A stretch of DNA of 64,000 nt from Candidatus Bathyarchaeota archaeon (GCA_963833125.1 CAWHWX010000032.1:1-64000); one strand, 5' to 3'. Shown: positions 22,224 to 31,774, counted from the stretch's first letter. Notes: generated from the letters alone by a model not told the origin. Numbers and translations are program-made.

Positions 22224-23051
22224 ATGAGACGTGTGACGGCTGCGTTTGGATTACTTGTGGTTCTGTTCACATTCCTATTGGTTTTGGTGCCGTTGCCTGT
22301 TGACGCCTCAGCAACCCTAATCCAAGAGAACAACAATGGCATATCAATAACCTCAAGTTCCGCAGTCGTCACGGTTACCTTGAGCAGCGTTACCAGCGGA
22401 AATGTACTAGTCGTAGGCTTAGAAATTGGCGAACTTTCTTCGATTGCGTCGCCTGTCACCGACTCCTTAGGTTCAGTTTTCACTCCAGCAGTAACGACAA
22501 TCACCCCTAGCGGCCCAAACGTGGCTATCTGGGAGGCAACGCTTTCTTCCAGCGGGGCAGATACAGTCCGGGTTGCTCAAATCTGTCCAAGCTGCGGACC
22601 AGGTAGCTTCGTACTGGAATTCGACGTCTTCGTGTATGAGGTGGCGGGAGTAACGGCCATGGGTCTCGCGACAGGCACCGGTATAGATACTTTAGGTCAC
22701 GGTCCTATCTTTACGTCCTCCGTCAGCTTCCAACCGGGAGCTTTTCTGTTTGGAATGATATCGGGTCAGGGAGAGATAGGGGCTGGGGCTGGGTTTACCC
22801 TCTCCACCGAAAAGTCAATTCTTGGGGTTTCCAATGGTCAGTGGTCCGACCCTGTGTCTTCGCCTACAACTTTTCCGGCACACCTTTTCTCCCCCGCCCC
22901 TGATTGCGTACCTTGCTGGGTTGAGGCTGGTGTAGCCCTCAACCCTGCACCAACCCCACCAATCCCAGAGTATCCACTTGGCCTACCAATCCTAGCAATC
23001 CTCACGATACTCGCATACGGCGTAATCAGACGGAAAACTGTCACGAAATAA
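22224..23051 (+). CDS. Surface protein with IPEYPLG sorting tail
   Basis: Same architecture as the 20452 gene; identical C-terminal peptide. Confidence 0.85.
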   Translation: MRRVTAAFGLLVVLFTFLLVLVPLPVDASATLIQENNNGISITSSSAVVTVTLSSVTSGNVLVVGLEIGELSSIASPVTDSLGSVFTPAVTTITPSGPNVAIWEATLSSSGADTVRVAQICPSCGPGSFVLEFDVFVYEVAGVTAMGLATGTGIDTLGHGPIFTSSVSFQPGAFLFGMISGQGEIGAGAGFTLSTEKSILGVSNGQWSDPVSSPTTFPAHLFSPAPDCVPCWVEAGVALNPAPTPPIPEYPLGLPILAILTILAYGVIRRKTVTK

Positions 23052-23085
23052 GATTAAGAACGCATTCAATCGCCCGCAAAGTATT
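22958..23085 (+). repeat. 128-bp direct repeat, copy 2
   Basis: Matches 21144-21271. Confidence 0.9.
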
Positions 23086-23113
23086 TTCGTCCTATGATTC
23101 TGTAGGACTAAAG
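23084..23113. repeat. 11-8-11 inverted-repeat site
   Basis: TTTTCGTCCTA-TGATTCTG-TAGGACTAAAG. Confidence 0.7.
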
Positions 23114-23225
23114 CTCATTTTGGTTTGAAGACTTTACTTTGTCGACGGTTTGTTATCAGAGTCTAGATTTGTTGTGACCTCAGACTAATCTAGTATACCC
23201 AGAGTTAAATCGTGGCCCAGAAAAT

Positions 23226-23270
23226 GAGTTCAAATCCTGTTGCTCGCACCATTAGACCCTCACACACACA
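23226..23270 (+). repeat. Degenerate tRNA 3'-end (att-like) copy 1
   Basis: GAGTTCAAATCCTGTTGCTCGCACCA-TTAGACCCTCACACAC. Confidence 0.6.
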
Positions 23271-23419
23271 AAATTACATGAACGACAACGGACGACGATT
23301 CAAATCGCTAGATTCGCACCAACTCACTCAGACGGACTATACGATACTTGAAAATGCCATATTTCTCATAGCGACTAAGCATCCTAAATGACTCAAGTCT
23401 TAAAGCGACCAGGCGGGCT

Positions 23420-23788
23420 TTACTGGCTTGTCTTCGTGATTCTCTCCAACACCGCTTTCTTGATCTCGTCTTCGTCAAGCTCCACGGCAACCTTGTCGAT
23501 TTCTAATTTGGTTACTTGGGCTTCCTTCGTGTTAAGTTTCTTGAGCAGCCAATCGACGATAAGACTCGCCCCAACTCTTTCAGTGATATCTTCGGCTACG
23601 ATCAACGTTATCTGAACCATTTCAGCAAGTCCGAAAGCTGTTCTAATTTTAGCGCCGTCGTACCTAACAGCCAAGTCACTTGTCAATTGCTTCCGCGTAC
23701 CTAGACTTCCCCTACTCTCTCCAAGTAAATCGTAGATCAGTTGATGGTTTAGCGTGTAGATTGTAACTGGAATCTCCAAGAAAATCAA
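23420..23788 (-). CDS. Hypothetical protein
   Basis: 122-aa ORF lying between two tRNA-end remnants. Confidence 0.5.
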   Translation of the reverse strand: MIFLEIPVTIYTLNHQLIYDLLGESRGSLGTRKQLTSDLAVRYDGAKIRTAFGLAEMVQITLIVAEDITERVGASLIVDWLLKKLNTKEAQVTKLEIDKVAVELDEDEIKKAVLERITKTSQ

Positions 23789-23860
23789 CTTCAGTCGCTG
23801 TAACCACTCCGCTAAATATGGGTTAACCGGAAGTCGGTATCAAAACGCCTCTAAAAGGAC

Positions 23861-23901
23861 GGTTCGATTTCCGATGCTCGCACCATTGATACCACACACA
23901 C
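23861..23901 (+). repeat. Degenerate tRNA 3'-end (att-like) copy 2
   Basis: GGTTCGATTTCCGATGCTCGCACCA-TTGATACCACACACAC. Confidence 0.6.
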
Positions 23902-24086
23902 GAAAAGTAATCCGGGATCCTTCTCCTTCTGTCCGGATTCTCTCCTTACCGACCGTAAGTCGGTTGATGGGGAAACCGCCCATACGATGACACCTAGCAG
24001 CTTTTACGGCAACCTGAGACACAAATTCACATGCTTATTCTATTCCAGTTGGACTAAGTAATTTAGGCAAGCAACCCAACGAGGCT

Positions 24087-24359
24087 ATGATTTTGATGAC
24101 GACAGGTTTTGATAAGTTCGATAACAGAATCCATGACTTGGTTGAACGGGAAAATGAGTGTGACGACCTGTTCGAAGAAATTAAGAATGGCAACGGAGAA
24201 AACTCTCTGCGCTATCTTGCACTGAGAGATGCTTGCAAAGAGTTGAGAAAGGGCATTTTCAGAAGCGCCATGTCGACAGGATTAACGAGGGAAAGCATCA
24301 ACATGGAGATCAAGAAAGTAAGACGCGTGACGATCGGTACTCACGCGAAGCAGACGTAG
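24087..24359 (+). CDS. Hypothetical helical protein
   Basis: 90-aa ORF; no motif recognised. Confidence 0.45.
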   Translation: MILMTTGFDKFDNRIHDLVERENECDDLFEEIKNGNGENSLRYLALRDACKELRKGIFRSAMSTGLTRESINMEIKKVRRVTIGTHAKQT

Positions 24360-24743
24360 AAAGAATCAGCAGAATCAACCGATTTCTTACAACAGGACCA
24401 GTATGTCAATCAACCTACAACTTGACAGAACCGGCCCTAACTTAATACAATCTGTTTTACGGTCATGATCGCTTACGTTGAATAACGAGTGCCGCCGAAT
24501 TAGTGGTAGTGTGGCCTATGAGTGCACAAAGACAAGCCAAAGTCGACAGACGCAAAGGCAACCGAAGACGAAAGAAAACTCGGTCCTTGGAAGAAGAAGA
24601 GGAAAAGCGGCGTCAATAACCGGAATGCCGCAATGTTGCAACACTCGCCCTAGACGTCCCGTTCCCGCAACAGAACCGAATTGGTGTCTTCAAAGAGGGC
24701 TTATATGTGGTGAGGCTTCAGGCGTTTATCAAGGGTTTTTGGA

Positions 24744-25331
24744 GTGGCATCTCGTGTCGGAAGGAGAGCGTTCATCAATATCGAGAACGTGGTCGCGACG
24801 GGTGCTCTCCATCAGAATATTGATTTGAACTCTATAGTACGCGTATTCCCTGGCGTCGAATATAGACCAGAGCAATTTCCCGGCTTAGTATATCGATTGA
24901 AGAAACCAAAGACCACCACCTTGATCTTCAGCTCGGGTAAAATGGTCTGTACTGGGGCGAAGTCGGAGCGACAGGCTCGTAAAGCCGTCATGAAGGTTGT
25001 GGACGAGCTCAACCGTAACGGGATCGTCATTCTGAGTAAGCCTGAGATTCAGATTCAGAACATAGTTGCGTCGGCAGGTTTAGGCGGTCATATAGATTTG
25101 GAAAAGGCAACCTACTCACTGAAACGCACCATGTATGAACCCGAACAGTTCCCTGGCCTTATCTACAGAATGGACGACCCCAAAGTAGTCATACTAATCT
25201 TCACAAGCGGAAAGCTCGTTTGTACTGGCGCCAAGAAAGAGACGGAGGTTCACAGAGCTATCTCAAAACTTCAAGAAACGCTTGAAGAGAAGACACTGAT
25301 AACCTACGAATCAGCGATAGATGACCGATAA
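24744..25331 (+). CDS. tbp: TATA-box-binding protein
   Basis: Two repeats: IENVVA...YRPEQFPGLVYR...LIFSSGKMVCTGAK and IQNIVAS...YEPEQFPGLIYR...LIFTSGKLVCTGAK. Confidence 0.97.
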   Translation: MASRVGRRAFINIENVVATGALHQNIDLNSIVRVFPGVEYRPEQFPGLVYRLKKPKTTTLIFSSGKMVCTGAKSERQARKAVMKVVDELNRNGIVILSKPEIQIQNIVASAGLGGHIDLEKATYSLKRTMYEPEQFPGLIYRMDDPKVVILIFTSGKLVCTGAKKETEVHRAISKLQETLEEKTLITYESAIDDR

Positions 25332-25400
25332 ACGGAATAATCAAGCGCTTTTCGTTTGGAAGTTTGATTTTCTGCTGCTGAAGGAGCGAACGTAACATCG

Positions 25401-25418
25401 TCCCGCACCATTAGACCC
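25401..25418 (+). repeat. Short tRNA 3'-end (att-like) copy 3
   Basis: CCCGCACCATTAGACCC shares 15 bp with copy 1. Confidence 0.5.
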
Positions 25419-25445
25419 GACGACGAATCGGGACGGAGATATTCT

Positions 25446-26285
25446 TTAGGTGTTCTTCGGTGTCTTGGTTCTGCGTCGAATCAACTCATACGCGACCAAC
25501 ATGAAGATAGCGAGTACTGGTAGCCCGAGGGGGTATTCTGGTATGGGCTGTGCCTGAGCGGGTCCGCCGGGGTCATTTACGGTGCCCGACCCGTCGGCTG
25601 TGAAACTTAAGGTGATCACCGTTCGGGTTGAATCCAACGTTGTTGGATACTGACTCCATGCCCCGCTTTGAAGTTTGTAATACGCGAAGCTGCCAGCCGG
25701 AAAAGGCACTGGTAAAGTTATAGTTACAGTAATCACCTGGGCAGGCGACAGATTCACAACCGTGAACGAAAACAAACCATCAGGAAAACTCAAGCCGCCC
25801 GGCGGCGATGGAGTCACGCTCCCAACCGGCAGTGCAGTTAGACTGGAGAATACTCCGGCAGACGCCGTGAATGCCGCATCACCAAGCCCCGTCGCCGTCG
25901 CTACGCTCTCGCTAGCGGCAGCAGAAACATCGAAGTTGATGCATTGGAAAGGAACGGGAGGGAAGTCATCGGACGCGCTGTATTGACCCGATGGCAACTC
26001 GAAGGTTACCATGTAGGGTCCGAGGATTGTGGTCTGATAAACTATGAATGATGTCGGGTTGCAGCCATAACTCTGGAATACCTTAAACGTCCCGCTTTGA
26101 GGAGCGGGGCCATCCCCTTTGAATATGATTGGTTCATCGGGCGAGCACGCATTGGGTCCCGTGCCTGCCGGGTGAGATGGGTTAGTACAGTGCGCTTGAT
26201 TGATCACTGCTCTCGCGGACCCAGCATTAATCAAAAGGAAGAAGGAGGAGATCGTTAGGATCAAGACGATCATAACACGCCTCAA
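25446..26285 (-). CDS. Surface protein with choice-of-anchor U-like domain and IPEYPLG tail
   Basis: FPDGLFSFTV...VTITLP...YYK...DPGGPA followed by IPEYPLG-TM-RRR. Confidence 0.8.
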   Translation of the reverse strand: MRRVMIVLILTISSFFLLINAGSARAVINQAHCTNPSHPAGTGPNACSPDEPIIFKGDGPAPQSGTFKVFQSYGCNPTSFIVYQTTILGPYMVTFELPSGQYSASDDFPPVPFQCINFDVSAAASESVATATGLGDAAFTASAGVFSSLTALPVGSVTPSPPGGLSFPDGLFSFTVVNLSPAQVITVTITLPVPFPAGSFAYYKLQSGAWSQYPTTLDSTRTVITLSFTADGSGTVNDPGGPAQAQPIPEYPLGLPVLAIFMLVAYELIRRRTKTPKNT

Positions 26286-26466
26286 GTCAAGACCCAGAAG
26301 CAATGTTATTGTGCGATTGTATTGCTTTAAGGTTCTTGTGCGATGAAACGATAAGCTAGTTCTCAGGTTCGCCTTTCGGTCCAAGTCAGTTAATTCTACT
26401 ACTTCGTGAGTCTTACAAGTATGGTAGGCCGTCATCTGCATCCTTAATGAAACGTTTGAAATAACT

Positions 26467-27201
26467 CTAGTCGACCAAATTGACTTCGCCATTTTGCAGA
26501 AGTTTGAGCTGGTGCCATCGAGAATCGTAGTTCTTGCCTCGCATAGTTCTAACCCTCACAAAGTGTTCGATCGCTGCATCTCTCTCTTCGCTCTTGAATT
26601 CAATTATTCCATCGCACAACGATTCCCATTGCCTGCAGAATGAGTCCGAGTAAACTCCAGTTACGAGGGAGTGTACAAATGCGAGTTCACGATTTCTGGC
26701 CGAAGGGATAGCTCTAGTTCTCCAGAAATCTATGAACTGTTTCTCATCGTTGTATTGAAGCAAGACCGAGGTATTGTCGTCTATGTGCAGTCGTTCCTTT
26801 TCGGCTTGAGGTGCTCCAGCCTTGAGTTCTTGTGAACTTGCAATGCTCCAATCTGAAAGCTTGACTGATTGTGTCTGGTAGTGGACTCGACCTGTTGGCT
26901 TTTTGCCTGCCCCTACTCCTAGTTGAACGGTGTAACTGTCAATTATGCTCAGAGTTCCTTCTTCTTCCGACTTCTTGACGTCTAACCCAAAATCGGTGAG
27001 TGCCTCAACAACCTCATTCGGCATGTGCTGGAAGATGTGGTAGTCCGTCCTTATCCCGTCCCTTACCGCTTGAACCGCTATTGTCAAAGATGTTTCATAC
27101 CATACGGATTTCGGATCGAATTCGACCAGTAGGTTGACGCCGTACCCGAATCCGTTTGGGACCAGTTCCTTGATCATTGGCAGCGCTAGGCGGTTCGACA
27201 A
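26467..27201 (-). CDS. RAD55/KaiC-like protein with degenerate P-loop
   Basis: LVPNGFGYGVNLLVEFDP, LSIIDSY, CDGIIEF, VRTMRG. Confidence 0.75.
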   Translation of the reverse strand: MSNRLALPMIKELVPNGFGYGVNLLVEFDPKSVWYETSLTIAVQAVRDGIRTDYHIFQHMPNEVVEALTDFGLDVKKSEEEGTLSIIDSYTVQLGVGAGKKPTGRVHYQTQSVKLSDWSIASSQELKAGAPQAEKERLHIDDNTSVLLQYNDEKQFIDFWRTRAIPSARNRELAFVHSLVTGVYSDSFCRQWESLCDGIIEFKSEERDAAIEHFVRVRTMRGKNYDSRWHQLKLLQNGEVNLVD

Positions 27202-27559
27202 GTAATTTCCTCAAGGGCACAGATACACAATGAAGCATTCATGAGACTTCGATTGATTTCTGCTTTGCGTTGTGTCTTGGAGAACAACCGTGAGCTATCT
27301 GACTGTGAATGATGGGAGACGAGGTGGTAGTCTCATTTCCTTCAAAAAAAGACAGGAAAAGGTGTGTGTGCGCACCATACTATATGCACTCAGGTTGGAG
27401 AGGCGGCTTGAATATTCTTGAGTGAGATGAATGGGAAAATCGTGTTCTTGGCGCAAGGAAGAACAGATTGACCTACGATTGAAGGCTGGTTCAATCGTAC
27501 CTAGTGGCCATCGCTTAAAAGCAAGCAACTAGGCGCTTCATAGCTAGGAGCAATTATGA

Positions 27560-27763
27560 ATGGCATTTATTCCTTTGATGTTCATTAAAATGAAATGGAC
27601 TCTAGAATGTTGTCAATGCAAAACTGTCTTTCACATAACTGATCGGTGGGCACCTCATATTAGAGCAGGAATAGGCTTGCCAGGGCATGAGTGGCAGTAT
27701 CGCAAGTGCCCTAACTGCAATGAATCTCGTCGGTGTAAGGTAATAGCAATGGAACGTGCATAG
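27560..27763 (+). CDS. Small Zn-ribbon protein
   Basis: CCQC...YRKCPNC. Confidence 0.55.
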   Translation: MAFIPLMFIKMKWTLECCQCKTVFHITDRWAPHIRAGIGLPGHEWQYRKCPNCNESRRCKVIAMERA

Positions 27764-27804
27764 ATCCCTTGGGGAAAACACTAGTCACATAGACTCGTAC
27801 TCTT

Positions 27805-27906
27805 ACCTTCTAGTCTTCCTCGATGATGGGTGGGAATTGGTTCAACAGTTAGCCAACGGAAAACTGTTAGTGCGCAAACAGGCTCAAATTCTCTTGAAAA
27901 TCGACA
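27805..27906 (+). pseudogene. Integrase C-terminal-tail-like remnant (repeat copy 3)
   Basis: LLVFLDDGWELVQQLANGKLLVRKQAQILLKIDR*. Confidence 0.5.
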
Positions 27907-28053
27907 GGTAACGCTACCTCTACGGTTGATAACACAATAGAAGTCACATCCACCTTGTTATAGGAACATTGCTGTTCCGATTCGTAATCTGATCGAGAAC
28001 CGAACAAGGTGTTATTAACTTCAGAAACACCCGTCTGTCGTAGGTTCGTCTTC

Positions 28054-28854
28054 TTGAGACGTGTGGCGGTTGGGTTTGGATTACTCGTAGTTTTGTTCAT
28101 GTTTCTGTTTTTGTTGGAGCCGTTGCCTGTTCACGCCGGCACTAGCATTGGAGTCGATAGCCCAGTTGCTATACAAACCTGTACTTCATGTGGGTCAACA
28201 TTATCTTGGCAACATATGGTCGGTTCGAACTCGAATCGCGTGCTCATCGTGGCGGTTTCGGTGCTCTGCAATAGTGGTTGTAGTTCGACTTTTGTTTCAA
28301 GTGTTACCTTCGGTCCGAGCAGCACCCTCCTGACGGCTCTCACACCTGAAATCAGTGGGATAAATCTCCTGGCTCAGCAATGGTACCTGCTGAATCCGAG
28401 CAGTGGACTAGGTACGGTAACCGTCACGTTTTCTGCTGGTCTCGGTGCAGCCGTTGGGGCTTCAGTGTCATTCTTCAACGTGGCTGGAATTGGAGCCTCG
28501 AATGGGGTCGCCGGTTCCGGTTCGCCTGCGAGCGTATCCATATCGTCAGCTAATCCGGGGGACCTCCTGGTTGATACTCTCGCCTCAGGCGTTTCCTCGT
28601 CGCCGGTAGCAGGTCAGACGCAGTTATGGAACCAATTTCCAGCTAACATTCTTACAGGAGCAGGCAGCGATAAGACGGCAGCATCACCGGTTCTAATGCA
28701 ATGGACACTCGCTGGTTTCTGGGCTTTAGTAGCAGTTGACCTCCAAGCCTCTGCTCCACCAATCCCAGAGTATCCGCTTGGACTACCAATACTAGCAATA
28801 TTCATGATAATTGGGTACGGTGTAATCAGACGTAAAGTGAAGCACGAACCCTGA
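28054..28854 (+). CDS. Surface protein with IPEYPLG sorting tail
   Basis: Conserved signal peptide; body similar to the 16064 gene; IPEYPLG-TM-RRK. Confidence 0.85.
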   Translation: MRRVAVGFGLLVVLFMFLFLLEPLPVHAGTSIGVDSPVAIQTCTSCGSTLSWQHMVGSNSNRVLIVAVSVLCNSGCSSTFVSSVTFGPSSTLLTALTPEISGINLLAQQWYLLNPSSGLGTVTVTFSAGLGAAVGASVSFFNVAGIGASNGVAGSGSPASVSISSANPGDLLVDTLASGVSSSPVAGQTQLWNQFPANILTGAGSDKTAASPVLMQWTLAGFWALVAVDLQASAPPIPEYPLGLPILAIFMIIGYGVIRRKVKHEP

Positions 28855-28907
28855 ACCCGAACTCAAGTTATTGTGTAGAATCGACTGATTTTCGACTCGG
28901 AATCATG

Positions 28908-28943
28908 TTTTACTCCTACAGTTCTGTCGGGACAAAGTATTTT
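28908..28943. repeat. 11-8-11 inverted-repeat site abutting the rpl3 promoter region
   Basis: TTTTACTCCTA-CAGTTCTG-TCGGGACAAAG-TATTTT. Confidence 0.65.
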
Positions 28944-28993
28944 AGAGCTTGAACCGAAAGCGGTCGAATTAACCGCCTCGATTGGTGTCTTGA

Positions 28994-29998
28994 TTGGGCC
29001 ATAGGAAAGTTCACGCGCCGAAACGCGGCTCCTTATCCTACCTACCTAGAGGGCGTGCTTCACGGTGGGTCGGCAGGATTAGGAATTGGCCCGAAGTTGA
29101 GGAGGGACCGAGGTTGCTTGCTTTTGCTGGATTCAAGGCGGGCATGACCTACGCTCTCGCCATTGACACCCGTGAGGGATCGCTTACTTTCGGAAAAGAA
29201 GTCGTCATCTCACTAACAACCCTAGAAGCGCCGCCAATGCTGGCTTGCGCATTGAGGGCCTACACGAAACATTACAAGGGGTTGCAGACTTTCGGCGAGG
29301 CTTGGATGGAGAAACTGCCCAAAGACTTTGAACGTGTCATTTCCGTTCCTGAGAAATTCTCAACTGAGGACGGGTTGAAGAAGATTGAAGGTGGCTTGGA
29401 GAAGATTGAGGAGTTGCGCCTACTCATGGCGACTCAGCCGCGTCTTGCAAAGCACGGAATCAAAGCACCCCAAATGATGGAGGTGAGAATCGGAGGAGGG
29501 TCGATCAAGGATCGATTCGAGTATGGAAAGAAAATGGTCGGCCAAGAAATCAAAGTTGCCGACTTCATCAAGGAGGGGCAAGTTGTCGACGCGATTGGAA
29601 TAACGAAAGGTAAGGGTATTCAGGGCCCCGTTAAGAGGTGGGGCATTCGACGTAAGATTCACAAGGCTCGAAAAACCGTCCGCCAAGTCGGATCAATTGG
29701 TGGCTGGACACCGCACTACGTCATGTATTCAGTCCCGCGTGCTGGGCAGATGGGATTCCACCAGAGAACCGAATACAACAAAATTGTAATGAAAGTAGGC
29801 AACAACGGGAGCGAAATCACGCCAAAGGGTGGCTTCCTAAAGTACGGCATAGTCAACTCAGACTACGTTGCGGTTAAGGGCAGCGTGCCGGGAACAAGAA
29901 ATAGGCTGATCGTGATACGATTGGCAATGCGTCCGCCACCGGAATCGAAACCGGCGAAACTAGATTACCTAAGCCTCGCATCAGTCCAAGGCGACTGA
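28994..29998 (+). CDS. rpl3: 50S ribosomal protein L3 (archaeal type)
   Basis: HAPKRGSL..LPR, GFKAGMT, TKGKGIQGPVKRWG, RAGQMGFHQRTEYNK, KGSVPG. Confidence 0.98.
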   Translation: MGHRKVHAPKRGSLSYLPRGRASRWVGRIRNWPEVEEGPRLLAFAGFKAGMTYALAIDTREGSLTFGKEVVISLTTLEAPPMLACALRAYTKHYKGLQTFGEAWMEKLPKDFERVISVPEKFSTEDGLKKIEGGLEKIEELRLLMATQPRLAKHGIKAPQMMEVRIGGGSIKDRFEYGKKMVGQEIKVADFIKEGQVVDAIGITKGKGIQGPVKRWGIRRKIHKARKTVRQVGSIGGWTPHYVMYSVPRAGQMGFHQRTEYNKIVMKVGNNGSEITPKGGFLKYGIVNSDYVAVKGSVPGTRNRLIVIRLAMRPPPESKPAKLDYLSLASVQGD

Positions 29999-30004
29999 GC
30001 GAAC

Positions 30005-31227
30005 TCAACGCCACCTTCCCCAAGCCTCCCCAACGAACCTCCTACTCTCCTTAGGTAGAGAATAAACAGCAGTTGCGCACGCCAGAATCGATGGTCCGGA
30101 GGCAGCCATCCTTTCCTTCAGTAAGGCTTCCCAAGGCTGAAGTTCATTCGCCATCGACTCCAGCAGCTCGTCCGCGTCTTGGCTTAGAGTCCAGAAAAGA
30201 CTCTCGTTTCCTATGGTCGAGGACAATATCCGCCGCTTCCTCGGTTATGGCCAAATTCTTAACCAACCAATCTTTCAGCTCGGTTAGCGCTCCGACGCCT
30301 CTTCCCTGCGAGAATAGTACAGCCAATTTGATTCTTGTTGGGAGTATGTCCCAAGCATACTCTACTTGGTATTCCAAGTCCAGATCGAGTCCCTTTTCTA
30401 AACTCGCCTTCTGAGAAGATCAAGGGTAGCGGAGGAAGCGGTTCCATACTACCTACGGGGAGATCTACCTTCAGCCGATTATGCGCACACTTCTTCCGAC
30501 ACTCTGTCTCTGGCACTTGGCCGTTGAACCCAAGTTCCTTTGCCTTCCAAACCTCCTTGATGACCGACTGGCTTGGAACGTATTTCTCCTTCACAATCGA
30601 GAACGTGGCGAGCCTCGGGTATACGAGGATGGTTTCGGCGGCGCTTTTTATGAGGCGAGGAGAAAATTTTGGCGATTCACCTTCAAGTCGCTCTCTAAGA
30701 AGATAGACGCCGAACTGTTCGGCTATGCCGTTGTAGAACATTGCTTGAAATTTATACGCTGGAGTTGTTTTCGCGGAGTCCTTCGCTTCAACTATTATGG
30801 GCATGCCGTTTTGTTCCGTCAAGGCGATGAAATCCGGTCGTGCGGTTCCAGCCAGGTCGGGGTGGCGGCCTTCCCCCCTACCAACGATCGTCACGGTTTT
30901 GTACGCGCCCTTGAGACTCTTGCGAATCTCATCCATCCCTTCTACGGACTGAGTAGCGATCTGCGCAAGATACTCGTTAACCCTAAGCTCTGGGATCGAG
31001 TGGGCGATTTGTTTCAAAGCCTCGTGTTTCGGGAACCCTTGAAGGCTTAGCTTGACCGCGGCTTCACCGATCTTTCCTATAATTGCGGGCTCCGCTATCC
31101 TCCGTTGTTGAATTTGCTCTGCCTCACGGGTGGTTCTGATTGCTCTGTAGGCCTTGATGGCCACGATCTTCGGGCATCTACGATAATCGTAGAGATCCTC
31201 TCGGGAGACGGTGAAGATTGAAGTCAA
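30005..31227 (-). CDS. Cas4-like PD-(D/E)XK nuclease with C-terminal extension (frameshifts)
   Basis: DLYDYRRCPK, ARPDF, IVEAK, FQAMFY, CRKKCAH; continues in ORFs 30144..30377 and 30005..30226. Confidence 0.65.
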
Positions 31228-31300
31228 CGGTTAGTTTCTAGCTTACCATACAGCTGGTTAAGCATTGAAGGTTCCAATCTGAGCTTCAAGCATTCTTGTC

Positions 31301-31774
31301 TTATTCGGGTGGGTAGACTCGTTTTCCCGTCTTCCGGTCCACAATAGTAATCGCTTGCGTGGGGCAGGACTGCGCGGCCATAACGAGGTTGTCGAAATCC
31401 TTGCCTCCAGCCTCATCAAGAACATCAAGCTTTGCCCTGCTTTGAAATACGCCCTTGCCTGGTCGCTCGTCGAGTCGGAATACGTCCGGGGACACTATAA
31501 CGCAGCTTCCGAACCCGAGGCATTTGTCGGGATCAACCTTGACTTTCAACTCCCCTTCCCCCTCTTCAGCAGACGCCTGCCTTTCTGAGGGCATTTTTAC
31601 CCCCAGCCCGTCGAAAATCCGAATCAGCGCGTTGTTAATGCTAATCTTTGCGATCTTCCCATCTTTCGCATATGCTACCGTCACGTCCTCATCCAAAACC
31701 TTTGGGCTAGCGTCCTTGTCGTCCTGAATGAGGAGCTGCAATTGGTCGGTTCGCTTATCGTAAATCATCCTCAT
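31301..31774 (-). CDS. DUF2283-like domain fused to a single-cluster ferredoxin
   Basis: YDKRTDQL...DGKIAKISI N-terminus; CLGFGSC...CPTQAI. Confidence 0.75.
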   Translation of the reverse strand: MRMIYDKRTDQLQLLIQDDKDASPKVLDEDVTVAYAKDGKIAKISINNALIRIFDGLGVKMPSERQASAEEGEGELKVKVDPDKCLGFGSCVIVSPDVFRLDERPGKGVFQSRAKLDVLDEAGGKDFDNLVMAAQSCPTQAITIVDRKTGKRVYPPE

